NCBI GenBank assembly: GCA_026026165.1
Contig: JAPEUD010000032.1
Coordinates: forward strand, 62,001 to 126,000
Source of the DNA: Sarea resinae
Taxonomy: Eukaryota
Length of the DNA: 64,000 nt
Reading direction: 5' to 3'
Shown: piece by piece, positions 23,633-35,539 of the stretch
Layout: each line of letters opens with the position of its first letter
Position numbering within the stretch: position 1 is the stretch's first letter
The notes under the pieces: model-generated
Databases searched by the model: none
What the model was told of the DNA's origin: nothing
What the model saw: only the letters and a program-made list of their open reading frames with translations
Program-made: the position numbers and the translations under genes

Positions 23633-26600
23633 ATGGGAAAGCGAGGTAAACCGGTAAGTCCATGCATCAACACCCGGACGGAAGAAGCTCAACTGACAAT
23701 GTCAAGTATCGCGGTCGTGGTGGTGGTGGGCGGGGCGGCCGCGGTGGCGGAGGTGGCCATCGTGCCGGCGTAAGAACAGACTACAAGGAGGTCGAGAAGA
23801 ATAATGAGGCCTTTGAGAATTACTACAATCAGCTGGGCATCGTCGAAGATGGTGAGCGTGAGGAGTTCTGGACGGCACTGCGGCGCGAGCTTCCAAATAG
23901 TTTTCGATTCACTGGGTCCAAAGGGTGTGTAATCCGTCCAAGAATGGACGAACGGCTCAATTGACTGACTTCCGTAGACATGCGCTCGCTGTTCAGCAGC
24001 GCCTGAAGGATTACTATATCCCCGAGATTACAGCTGTGGAGTACGAGGGTCAGCCGGTCCAACCTCCGACGCCGCTGCAATGGTATCCCGATCAGCTTGG
24101 ATGGTCTATGACCACACCGAAGAATGTTGTCCGTCGTTTCCCACCGTTTGCCTCCTTTCAGAAGTTTTTGGTTTCCGAGACCAGCGTCGGCAACATCAGC
24201 AGACAGGAGGTGGTCAGCATGATCCCGCCATTGGTGATGGATATCAAGCCCGGCATGACGGTTCTCGACATGTGTGCCGCCCCTGGCAGCAAATCCGCTC
24301 AGCTGATCGAGATGGTACATGGGGGAGAAGAAGCTCGCGTAAGAAAAGTACTGCACGATATTGCGAGGCAAGACGGCCGGGAGATGAGTCCAGACGGGAT
24401 GGAAATCGACGCGGAGAAGGACCAGATCGCGACCGAGGGTGACTGGTCTGACGATGGGAGAACTACAGGCCTGCTCATCGCGAACGATGCAGACTACCGC
24501 CGGAGTCAGATGCTTATCCATCAGGTGAAGAGGCTCAATTCTCCGAACCTCATAGTGACGAATCACGATGCCACCATGTTCCCCTCGATTAAGATCCGCT
24601 CGGATCCTCCTTCCAACGGCCAGCCTCCCAAAAACAAGTATCTCAAATTCGACCGTATCCTGGCGGATGTCCCCTGCTCTGGCGATGGGACCTGTCGAAA
24701 GAATCCCAACGTCTGGAAAGACTGGAGCGCTGGAAACGGTCTAGGTCTCTACCTCACCCAGGTTCGAATCTTGGTGCGCGCTTTGCAGACGTTGAAGGTG
24801 GGCGGACGAGTCGTGTATTCGACTTGTAGCATGAATCCCGTCGAGGATGAGGCTGTCATCTCCAGTGCAATTGATCGATGCGGTGGTCTCTCCAAAGTCC
24901 GCGTGGTCGATCTGAGTGATGCGTTGCCCGGTCTGAAGCGAGCACCCGGTCTAAATCAATGGAAGATTATCGATAAGCAAGGAAGGATATGGAGCTCCTG
25001 GAAGGAAGTAGCGGCAGCAAAGGAGGCTGCAGGTGAGGAAGGCTTTTCCAAACTCGTCGAAGGCATGTTCCCTCCGGTAGTAGCGGAAAACGAGGAGAGG
25101 ATTCCTTTCGAGAGGTGCATGCGCGTCTACCCTCACATGCAAGATACGGGCGGGTTCTTCATCGTCGCGCTTGAGAAGCTTTCGGAAATCAAAGCGCGAC
25201 CAGAATCCGATACCAAGAAGATCCAACCCAAACCGCCAGTTGTCGCCGCAGTGGACGAGATAGCCTCCAGGCCTACGAACGGTACGAACCCAACCGAAAA
25301 GATCGAAGCTCTAGACGATCTTGCCCCTCCAACGACCAGCAACGAAGTCGAGGGTCCTTCGGCGGTTGTCAGGCAGAATAAAGAGAACGCGCCGCAGGAG
25401 AAATTGTCACCCAGCAAACACCGACTAGACGACGAGGTCGATGCGGAACTTAGCTCCAAACGGCCCAGGTTCAAGGAAGAGTCCGATGAAGCTGCCTCTC
25501 GAGGCGAAGAGAACAGACAGGTACACTTCCCGCCACCGCCCGCTGCCGACACGGCCATCGTACAAGCTCCCAAGGCCACATTGCCGCCCTCGTCTTCGGA
25601 TAAGAAGAAAAACGGCAATCAGCCCTACGAAGAGCCATTCAAATACCTCCGCGCGGATCACGAGCAATTGCAAATCATCTACGACTTTTACGGCATCAAC
25701 TCGCGCTTTCCCCGTGACCGCTTCATGGTGCGCAACGCGTCGGGTGATCCCGTCAAAGCTATCTATTACACGTCGGCGCTGGCGCGCGAGATCCTCGAGG
25801 AGAACGAGGGCAAGGGCATGAAGTTCGTGCATTGCGGCGTCAAGATGTTCATGAAGCAAGACGTGCAGAAGGAGGACGTGTGTCGCTGGCGGATCCAAGC
25901 CGAGGGTCTGCCCATCCTCGAGGCCTGGGTCGACGAGACGCGCGTCGTCAGGCTCTATAAGCGCGAGACGTTGAGGAAGTTGTTGGTCGACATGTTTCCC
26001 AAGGTTGCCGGCGACGGGTGGAGGAATCTGGGCGAGATTGGCGAGCGAGTCAGAGATATCGGGATGGGTTGCTGTGTGCTGAGAGTCGAGACCAGTGATG
26101 AGACGGATGGGTTCAAGTGTGTTTTTGATCCGGGGCTACTGCTATGACACGTGAAGCTAATTCGGTTGTAGGGAGCGCATGGTGCTGCCCCTGTGGCGCA
26201 GTCTCGCATCTCTGAATCTGATGTTGCCGAAAGAAGAACGAAGGTCAGCCACACTCTCTCTCGAGAGAAAGAAAGAAACCGCAGCTAATGGATTGAATCC
26301 ACTAAACAGAGCCATGCTCCTGCGCCTCTACAACGACTCCTCGCCCCTGACCGACACGTCAAAAGACCGGTTCAAGCCGAAAGCGCAAAACGTCGACTCT
26401 ATCGATTCGCCTGCCTCGTCCACCTCGACGCCTCTTGTTGACGATTCCAACAACGACGGTGTCGCCGCCGACCCATCCGCAGATCACCCGCCGCCTCAAC
26501 AACAGCCTCTCGCAAGCGAAGAACAGACGGCAGGCGACGATGCCGACGTCAGCGCCGCTGCCGGACTCGGTGCCTCGTCCGAGGCCAAGGATTTCGCCGT

Positions 26601-26664
26601 CGACGTCGAAGACCACAGCCTTGCGGACGTCGAAGATGAGATTGCTGCCACGAAGGAGAGTTAG
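23633..26664 (+). CDS. NCL1: tRNA (cytosine-C5)-methyltransferase Trm4/Ncl1 (NSUN2 family)
   Basis: MGKRGK exon 1, RGG-rich N-terminus, ISRQEVVSMIPP, VLDMCAAPGSKS, FDRILADVPCSGDG, YSTCSMNP and PHMQDTGGFF. Introns lie near 23654, 23924, 26118 and 26244. Confidence 0.95.
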
Positions 26665-27370
26665 CGATGCATGCCAGGCGACGAAGGGGAATTAGCATGC
26701 CATACCATGCCATGCCAGGGAAGCGAAAAGATGAACCCACGAATGAGAGTGGGATTCCGGTGGGGAAGAAGAAGAAAAAAAAAGGGGGGGGGAGGGGGCT
26801 GAGGACGCTTTCTGTTTCAACACGATTGATCGATTAGCCAGGTGACTTGATTACTCACTCGACCTCGCTCATGAATCACTGGTCTTCCTTCCTCCGATGT
26901 CCTCTATTCCTTTCCCTCCCTTTTTTTTCCCCATCGCTTATCCTATACATGTAATCTCTCCTCTTTCACAATTCTCCACCTCCTTCCACATCCTTCCACC
27001 TCCTTCCACCTTCCCCCTCTCCCTCCCCCTTTTCCTCCCCTAGGACTCCTAGTGCTCCCAGTCCGTCCCAGTCCATCTCAATTCTAATCCTAGCCCTAGG
27101 CCTAGCATTATACTGGCCTGTCTTAAAAAAAAGTATTTTCTCTGTTTCCGCTGCGATTTTTGTTTGGCTTGATAAGTCGGTTGGTGGGTTAGAGGAGAGG
27201 AGCGTAGAGTCGGAAAGAATCGAGCAGAGCGGAGCAGAGCAGAGCAGAGTGGCTAGAGTGGGTAAGAGGAGAAACAAACCGAATAGAATATATCTATCCA
27301 TCTATCTATCTACTGCGCAGTCTTGTCTATTCGACGTGTAGGTGTGTAGTAGGGCAACGATAACTGTAAC

Positions 27371-27625
27371 GACGACGACGACGACGACGACGACGGCGAC
27401 AACGACATCAACAATGCTAGAGATCACGCTGGAGATGATGCTGGCGAGACTATAAACGAAGGAGGACGAAGGGGAAGAGGAAGAGGAAGAGGAGGAGGAT
27501 GCTAATGTGTGATACTTATGATGTATATGATGTTTGATGTCTGATGGTTTTGATCATGTTTGATGTCTGATGATTTTGATCATGTTTGATGATTTTGATG
27601 ATGTCTGATGTCTGATGTATCATAC
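27371..27625. repeat. Low-complexity block: (GAC)n, (GAA/GAG)n and degenerate TGATG repeats including a 26-bp tandem duplication
   Basis: gacgacgac... at 27371, and tgtttgatgtctgatg(g/a)ttttgatca x2 at ~27531-27582. Confidence 0.85.
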
Positions 27626-27978
27626 TGTATGACGCCTGATCGAGCGAAAAGGGGGAAACGAAAAAGGAAAGGGGGAAAACAAGATGAGGAATGAGAATTC
27701 CAAAAGAAAGAAAGAAAAAAAGAAAAGGGACTCATGTCTATTTGCGCCTCGCTCGCTCGCTCAGTCGCTCGCTTACTTTGCTTGAATTCATTTCACCCGA
27801 AACTCTCAGCCCAATCCAGCCCAATCCCGCGAATTCAGTCGATTCGGTCAGTCCAGTCAGTCCAGCCAGTCTAGTCATCATGCAACCATTGCTAGCTACC
27901 CCTTATCCATCACCTACCATATCGCCCTGCGTCCAAGCTACCCCTTATCCATCACTTATCACCCTGCGTCCAAAAACC

Positions 27979-30900
27979 CTACAGTCTTCCCGCCTTGACA
28001 TCCTTCCTGAAAATCCGGATACCGCGGATATCGTAGAACTTGCGGTCCTCTTTGGTCTCAATCTTCAAGCCGGCACCACTAGCGACGGAATCAAGGTCAT
28101 CGCTATCCTCGCTCGAGCTATCACCATCGGCCGTGCTCGGGCTCGCGTTGCCACTGCCGCTGCTCCCGTTGACGATAGTGTCACTCGGTGGCCCAGCACT
28201 CGGCGGCCCGTTCGTGGAAAGCTTCTGGTTCGGGTCCGCGAGCGCCTGGGCTTTCTTGGCCTTCTTGGGCTTGCGCGGCCGTCGGATCAACCGCTCCAGC
28301 GTGTTGTCCAGGGCAATGTACTCGAGTTTCATGTGCGGATTGTGCGCGATGTTGTCGACGGCGAAACGGCGCAGTTCGCGTAGCACCCACGTGCAGGTGT
28401 CTTCGGTGCGGAAGCCGAGGATGTGAAAGGCCTTGAGGTTCTCGAGGCCCGAGAAGGATTGGAGGAGGAGGTGCTGTAGATTTTATATGTCAGTCTGTGC
28501 CATCTGTGAGGAAGAGAGAAGCTGGTTGACGGTGGCTTACAAAGTTCGTCAGGTCCATACTAATGGCTAGCTCGGCCAACCGTGAGCCTTTCCTGGTCAA
28601 GAGTCGGATGGTTTTGCAGTTCACGTCCCAACTATAGTCATTCTCATTCTTGATCATCAAGCGGGTGAGGGTCTTGATATGCTTCTTGAGGACCAGCTTT
28701 CTGATATCCTCGATCTTGACTGTGGTCTTCGGCGCCAACGATTCCACTTTGGCTTTCGAAGAACGCTCGAGCATGAACACTTCTGTGAGCTTGTCGAGGC
28801 TGTTGACAAACGCTAGGAAAGTCGATGAGACATTGTCCGTGTAGATACTCCGGAGACTGAGCGGCGTCGTATTCTGCGTGGTGGTCATCAGAGCCCAAAA
28901 GGCTGTCTGCGGTCCGACGTTGAGAAGTGTGAGGCGTTTGAGTGTGGTGAGGTCGATGGCTCGTGAAAGCACCGAGGCCTTGATTGGAACAAGATACAAA
29001 GCCAAAGTCTGCAGCGGTATCTTGCGAGTAGAACGGATATATTCTTGGATCTCCTCGTCAGGCGTTTTTACCCCTTCTCTCTTAGGGAGCTCCTCTCTCG
29101 TTAACGACTCGAGCTGCTCTTTGGACATCGCCGACTCATCATGAATTGCAGGTCCCGGGCCCGCTGCGAGGTCTGGCTCAGACCCCAGAGCAGCCTGGCC
29201 GCCGCTCATGGTAATATCGGTATTCGAGTCTGTAGTAGCCAACGGTTCGGTTACTTGTAGACCGTTGGGGGCACCCGCAAGGTTCTCTGACTCTGCGTTT
29301 GTATCTGCGTTTGCAGGTGGCTCTTCTATTTCTTGATCCTCCCCTTCATCATCGACGTCGACATCGACATCGGGATGGTCGATATCGATATCCTCTGGCA
29401 TCGTGTCTCGAACTTTGACTGCGCTGCTTGTTGGTTTGATCGTTGGATTGTCGAAGAGCCCTGGTCCATCCGTGGAAGCGTCTTCCTCCTCTTTAGCTTC
29501 TTCCGCACTTGATTTTGAGTCGAGAGCCTTCTCTTTTCCCTTGCTATTCGTACTAGATTCTGCCGCATTTTTCTCGGAGTCATCCGCGGCCACTCCTGAA
29601 GCTTTTATATCTATTTCTGGCCCCTGCGTCTCCGTAGTAGACGGCCCCGGTGCAGCACTCTTCTCGGCGTCTGACAAACCCTGTTCCCAGTGCTCACTAG
29701 CTTTCAGATAGCGTACAGCTGCCTGCTCGAATGCATCCATTGCTCTATTCATCTTGGCTGTATTATCAGGAGATACCGACGTCAATTCTATCAGCTTGAC
29801 CATCGCCGTCTTCAATTCCTCAAAGAACTTTCGGTATTTCTCCACATCCGACAAGTTTTCATCGATCGGAGGCGGAGGTGGAGGCTTCTCTGCTTCATCT
29901 TCTGAAGAATCTTTCGTAGGAGGCGCCTTGTCAAAACCAAAAAGCCGCCCAAGTACAGCCTGCTGCGCAGAAAGCTCAGCTCGAGCCCGGGCGTCTTTGT
30001 CGGCTGCGGTCGACACCGGCTGCAGGTCTGGAGCGGCTGCAGGAGGCGGAGGCGGAGGCGGGGGTGGAAGAGTGTTACCGAACTCATCCATCTCTTGATC
30101 CGAGTCATCAGAGTCGTAGACTTGTGGTTTTCGTGCTCTCTGCGCCAGCGCCTCTGAGAATGACAATTTCAGCTTTTTCAGCGAGGAAGATGAAGCTCGT
30201 ATACATGCTTCAAGTTCGGGTACATAGTCCAGCGTATCCATATCAAGCACTCCTAGACTACTGAGAGACTTGAAACCAGAGAACGTAGGAGGCTCTGGCT
30301 TTTCTGGTCTCTCTTTCGACGGTGCTTTGGGCGGCTTTGGTAATGAAGCATTTAGAGAGCTGGAGGAGGGCTGCGGGAAGAGAGGGGAAGATAAAGGCAG
30401 GAAAGAAATTGTTAGGGGGGGAACATGTGGGTTGGCCAAGGACGGTAGCGGAGGAGGGGTCTCGTATTGCGATACTCCCGCCTGAAGTCGCACATGTAGA
30501 TGCTGAAGACACGGCAGTTTATGCAAAGCTCGGAAGACTGGTCTGCTCAATTCGATCCGGATGTTCCAACTACCAGACCGGGTTAGCACTTGGTCCTCGG
30601 ACGGCACAGCTTGCGCGACTTACTGGAACGTCTCTAATGCTTTCGCTTTCTTCAGGGTGAGGTATAACAGCGTGTTCAGAAACTTCCCACAGGACGAGTC
30701 ATATAGGCAGTGTCTATAAGCCTTCTCACCCTTTTCTCCTCCACTCAGAGTATCCAAAGTAATATCTTTGAGGTGCTGTGCATAATTATAGTCGCTGGAG
30801 ACGAGCGTATCGAGGCCGCCGGCAAGGCTGTCGGTCAGAGTAAAATCGGGATCATCCTCATCCCCAAATACAATGGTAAAATCGCGATAGAGTTCTGCAG

Positions 30901-31122
30901 AAGCTATCTCGTGGAAGCGCCGTGACACAAGCGCAAGCGCGATCAGGTCGTCGGTTTCGACCTGCAGCACCGGGTTTCGTCAGGAGTAGCCATCATCGCA
31001 CGGGGAAGTGTCCTCACATGCTTGAGTATCTCCTTCTGCGTCTCAACAGGTAGATCCATCAATTGAAGCTTTCTCCCATCTGGCTTCGAATTCCCCTCAC
31101 CTTCAGCGGAGGGAGTAGCCAT
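27979..31122 (-). CDS. F-box domain protein with LRR-like C-terminal region and acidic/Pro-rich insert
   Basis: F-box-like LQLMDLPVETQKEILKH / DLIALALVSRRFHEIASAELYR, followed by LxxLxL segments (LKKLKL, LKRLTL, LTRLMI). Joins ORFs 30943-31128, 30620-30970, 28490-30607 and 27979-28386 through GT-AG introns. Confidence 0.85.
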
Positions 31123-34117
31123 AGCCACCAGGTGCTGGAAGCTCGCCTCCTGCTCGAGCAGAGGCCACCCGGTCTGGAATGACGGACCTCAAAGGTCGGA
31201 GATGCGGTCGAGGTGAATGCAAAGACTCAGCTCAAGGCTGAAGGCTCGGTGAGATCTCGCACATGGACTGGGGGCGGTGGACGAATAATGCGGTGGGAAG
31301 CTCCGTCGATGTTGTTGACATGAGTGGTCGCCTTGTCGGAGATGGGAGTCGCTCGCGATTCAGCCTCGTCGCCTTTCAAGGTCGTAATGCCACGAATGAC
31401 GGTAATGGGTCAAATGATGTTTGATAGGACATGCAAGTGCTGGATATGCAATCTGTGACGGCCGCATCATCTGCAGAAGGCCAAGGTCGTCAAAGGTCAC
31501 TGTTCAAGCCACTGGACCAGCCACGCATGGATTATCGATGTGATCGCGTTCTCGAGAACAGCGACTCTGTAACAATCGAAGGAGGTACTTCGTACGAATA
31601 CCTTCGCGCGTTACATGGCAAAGACTCAAAGTCGACAAGAGGCAGGTTCTCGTTCTACGAGTGAATGGTCCTGCAATACTATGTGTCTGTACTCTCGAGT
31701 CATGCTACATGGCATTGGGAGAGGCCGAGCAGCGGTGCTTCAGTAGTAGATGAGAAGAGCATCTCGCCTTGGGGTTCAGTGACTGCAGGACGTGGTTGAT
31801 AAATATAGGAGCAGACACCTCCAAACAATCGCCTATTTACTACGTAGTATGTCCCTACACCACGGCACGCTGCTGCGGACATTTATGGATCTTACAGCCC
31901 CTACAGCTCAGGCTACCTAAGGTAGGATCCATTCGCTTTCCGTACCAGCCGCGTGTTTCGTGGTCCATTCTCTGCCTGAAGGATTTACGTGATATGCAAG
32001 ATGTACTCCGAGTATGTGCACGCCGATAGAGCAGATCAGACTGGCCGCAATCAAAGATAGACTCAAGCAAGGGCGCAAACAGTGAGGAGCTACTCTCCAA
32101 TCGTGGCCACAGACCGCAGACCGACGTAGCTGTCCAGATGTCTCGAGCCACTATTCGCCGAGTTGGAAACAGAGAGTTCAGCGAATTCGAAGGAAGAGAA
32201 TGGACACGCCGAGTGGGAGCGACCGAATGGACGGCCGTCTCTACGACTCCTAGCGCACAACCTCCGCCCCTCGAGCTCATGCTTATTCGAAATCGCCAGT
32301 AACATGAACCCGCTGACCTCTGAGTTCTTCGAGGACTCGTACATCATTGCCCAGCCTACCGTCTGCCCCAAACCAAGCTGCAGTCCAAGAAAACTGCCAG
32401 GGGTGGACAATCCGGGTCAGCCGACACCCGGTGCAGGAAGGAATCGTCCTTCCAAATTGGCTGTCTTTTGCTGAGAGCCTCAAAGAAGCTGTCGGTTGAG
32501 TAAAGCCAAGATGAGAGGGTCATGGAAGTTAGGATAATTCAGGGCTCTTGCTGTCACCAGCAAAATGCAACCGGACATCATCAAGCTTCCTGGACTGGGA
32601 CATGGCGGCTGGAAGTGTATTGGCTCGTCAAGGAGAAGAACCGTTACAGAAGAAGGCCGTAACCTGAACTCGCAGCTGCGCAGCTTGTAGAGATGTTAGA
32701 AGCCCGTCAAGCCCGTCATGCCCAAGCCTGTATTCCATATTGTGTCTGAAGAGATTCTGTCCATCGATCGCGCAAGGAAATGGGCAGGAGGAAGAGGGAG
32801 GGAAGGGAGGGGGTTTTCTTAGCTTCTCGGTTCTCTACCTTTTCTCTGTCCTCTGCGGGGAAATAGGCGGTGAGATAGTCCAATGATAGTAACCGATAGA
32901 TGTCATCCCGCAAACACGGTATCTCGCACTTTTCAGGGCTGCCAGAGCTGCCAGAGCTGCCAGATCTGCCGTCGTCCGTCCAAGCCTCACCCATCGTGCT
33001 CAGCTCGGTTGGCTGTTGGGCGCCATCTGAAGCCTTCCAGTTTGGCGACATGTGGATGACTGCTCTACAGCAGCTCCGAGGCCAGAGAGGGCACACAGCA
33101 CGGCCACCAGATGGCTCGTTTTCTGACGTGGACGGACGGACCACTTGGGCATGGTCGTGCATATGTATCCAATGTAGGTATCCATATGGTCTGGCCTGGT
33201 CCGGTCGACCTACAGTAGTCGTAGTCGCAGCCGCCCTCCGGAGTAGCTATCCATCAGCCAACGCATGATCGAGATAGTCGACCAGTCCAGTCGGCCAGTG
33301 AGCCTCGGATTGACGACAGAGTCCCCACCTCCGACCTGGGTATGGTGTCCCTACGTATGCGACAGGAGGTAGGTATCCAGTGATCATGATCATCTGGTCG
33401 CGAGCCCCGTCCCGCCATCTGTGTCTCCAATCCCGCATTATCCAGCATCCGCCGATATACTGTGTCCTGTAGCTGTCTGGGGCAAAGAGGAGCTGGAGAA
33501 CATCCCCAGCACGACGACCCCCGCTCGCGATATCGAGATTGCTTGCACGCCCATTGTTATTATTACCTACCTGATCCTTCCTCGTCCTGTACCTGACTCT
33601 CCGTCATTCCACACCGTTACTTGCCCTGGGCATCTCTCCTCCACAACTTCCTTGCTCCGTCCCGAATGAGATCCCGCAACTACTACTGGGCTCCGTGATA
33701 AATCCGTTATTGCGAGTCCAGTAAGGTAGCAGCAGCAGCACTCGCTTGGATTGGCTCCAGGTTAGTGCCACCGCGGGCGTCGATGTATCGTTCTGGAAGC
33801 CCATGTTGCTTCTGCTAATGGCCATCTCGATCGACCTGATCACACCCTGACGCTGCAAAATGATTTTGCTACGTGCTTTTATTTTGAGATTGCTGCTGTG
33901 CTTCGTTCTGATCGTTTCCGGTGTTGCTCTCAAATCGTAGAGGTCATCATCACTGCTCGCGTGCTTCTCTACATGCTTCTTTCCCTTCGCAGTTGCTGTT
34001 GCCCGTTCTCTTGCTGCCTTTCAATGTTTGCGACCACCAAGAATGCTAACGTTGGACCCGCATCTAGACTCTCTGCATTGTTGTCTATACATATCTGTCT
34101 AGAGACGGTCCAGGTCC

Positions 34118-34885
34118 ATGAACCCAGCAGAGCCTAATTGTGCCATCTGCAATGCCCCTCCACAGGCCCAATGCCCATGTGAGGCTGATGGTCTGAAGAT
34201 TGCCGTTCAGGATGCCGAGCGTCGTGTCATGGAGCCCGTGCTGGCTGAGGTTCGGTATGAAAGCCCGAGGATGCCTTTCATCTCTCTGCTGTATCAGGAG
34301 CTGCCGCAACCTCCGTGGTGCTTTGGGGAGATATCGTAGACTGTCAGGCTAATTCGACATGGCATCAACAGGGATTGGGTCATTCGGCACGCACGAAATC
34401 ATGTGTTACGGTCTTTCAATTCTCTACAATCCCATCGAAGAGCTCAGCACTCTGCTTATGTTTCTTCTCTACAACAAGCTGCGTACTATCACTACGCAGC
34501 GCCCAATCCGACGCTATTGCAAGCCGCGGAGATGGAGCTTCAATGTGGCATTGACGAAGACTGGCGCAGAAGCGTTCAAACGTATCCGGAAGTCCTCGAC
34601 TATTTCTACAATCTCGTGGACCTCGTACTGCCCGGAGACAATTCCGTTGAAGTCACGGATCCTCCGTTGGATGGGAGGACTCGAGTACGAAGAGGTCGAA
34701 GACGAGAGAGCATTGATCGAGAGTCCCCATCTGCTGAAAGGCGAAGCACCAGGGGAGGGCATGCCAGCAGGCATCGACGGACGGCACCTCCGACCGCTCC
34801 TCCGAGCGTCCCAAGTGTGCCGCCTCCGCCACCTCCACCATCTGCTGGGGGACCAATCAATATGTATAGGGCTTATGGGTGGTGA
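34118..34885 (+). CDS. Small fungal hypothetical protein with N-terminal CxxC-x7-CxC motif and Pro-rich C-terminus
   Basis: Exon 1 encodes MNPAEPNCAICNAPPQAQCPCE...EVR. After a GTATGA...CAG intron (~34255-34371), exon 2 encodes DWVIRHARNHVLRSF...GIDEDWRRSVQTYPEVLDYFYNLV. Confidence 0.75.
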
Positions 34886-35127
34886 TTCACGGGACTGGGA
34901 TGGTATGGATGTTTATCGATTCACAGCGAGTCCAATATTCTGAAATTGGATTCTACAAATCCTCTGACTGAAATCCTCTGACCCAAATGATTCTCTGAGC
35001 TATGACGATTGCCTACAGAGTATTTGTCTCTTGCTCCTCCGTAGAGTAGAGTCAGTGTTGACGGCCATCTGGCGTAGGCTAGCCTGCTTTGGCTAGCGTG
35101 TTCTGCTGGGCAGGCACTGCCGACCTG

Positions 35128-35529
35128 GACGTCGCGTCGTCCATGTCCACAGCAAAGTCGCGTTTCCGCCTACTAGGACAGTACTCCGAGTACACCAGAA
35201 CACCAGAACACTAGAACACCAGAATCCAAACCATATCCCGCCCCATTGCCTAGATCGCCAGCACACACGCCAAGAGTCCCATCACAGCATTTCGAGTCCC
35301 AGATAGGATCCCCGACGAAGCTATCTGCTTCCTATAATACATCGCAATTCTCTGACCATGGCGGCTGTTCCTCTCTGAAAGTTTGAAAGCTATAGTCGCG
35401 CTTCGCGTTGCTCGCGTTTGGCTAGGATCAACACTGCATCTGGACTGCATCTGCCACTCTCCGAGTTCTCAGAGGCATATATGTATCTTGCGTGCAAAGG
35501 TTCCAGCCCTTCGCCTGTTCTGGACGCGT
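35128..35529 (+). promoter_or_regulatory. Cluster of MCB-like CGCG elements upstream of CDC45
   Basis: ACGCGT at 35524-35529 and TCGCGT copies near 35133, 35158, 35403 and 35412. Confidence 0.55.
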
Positions 35530-35539
35530 CGCAAGAGGC

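Noticed and set aside
31855..33268. ORFs of 100-150 aa in the F-box upstream region, and similar ones at 17.4-20.6 kb and 58.0-59.3 kb
   Set aside because: No domain motifs or convincing splice structure; overlapping ORFs on both strands are consistent with chance.
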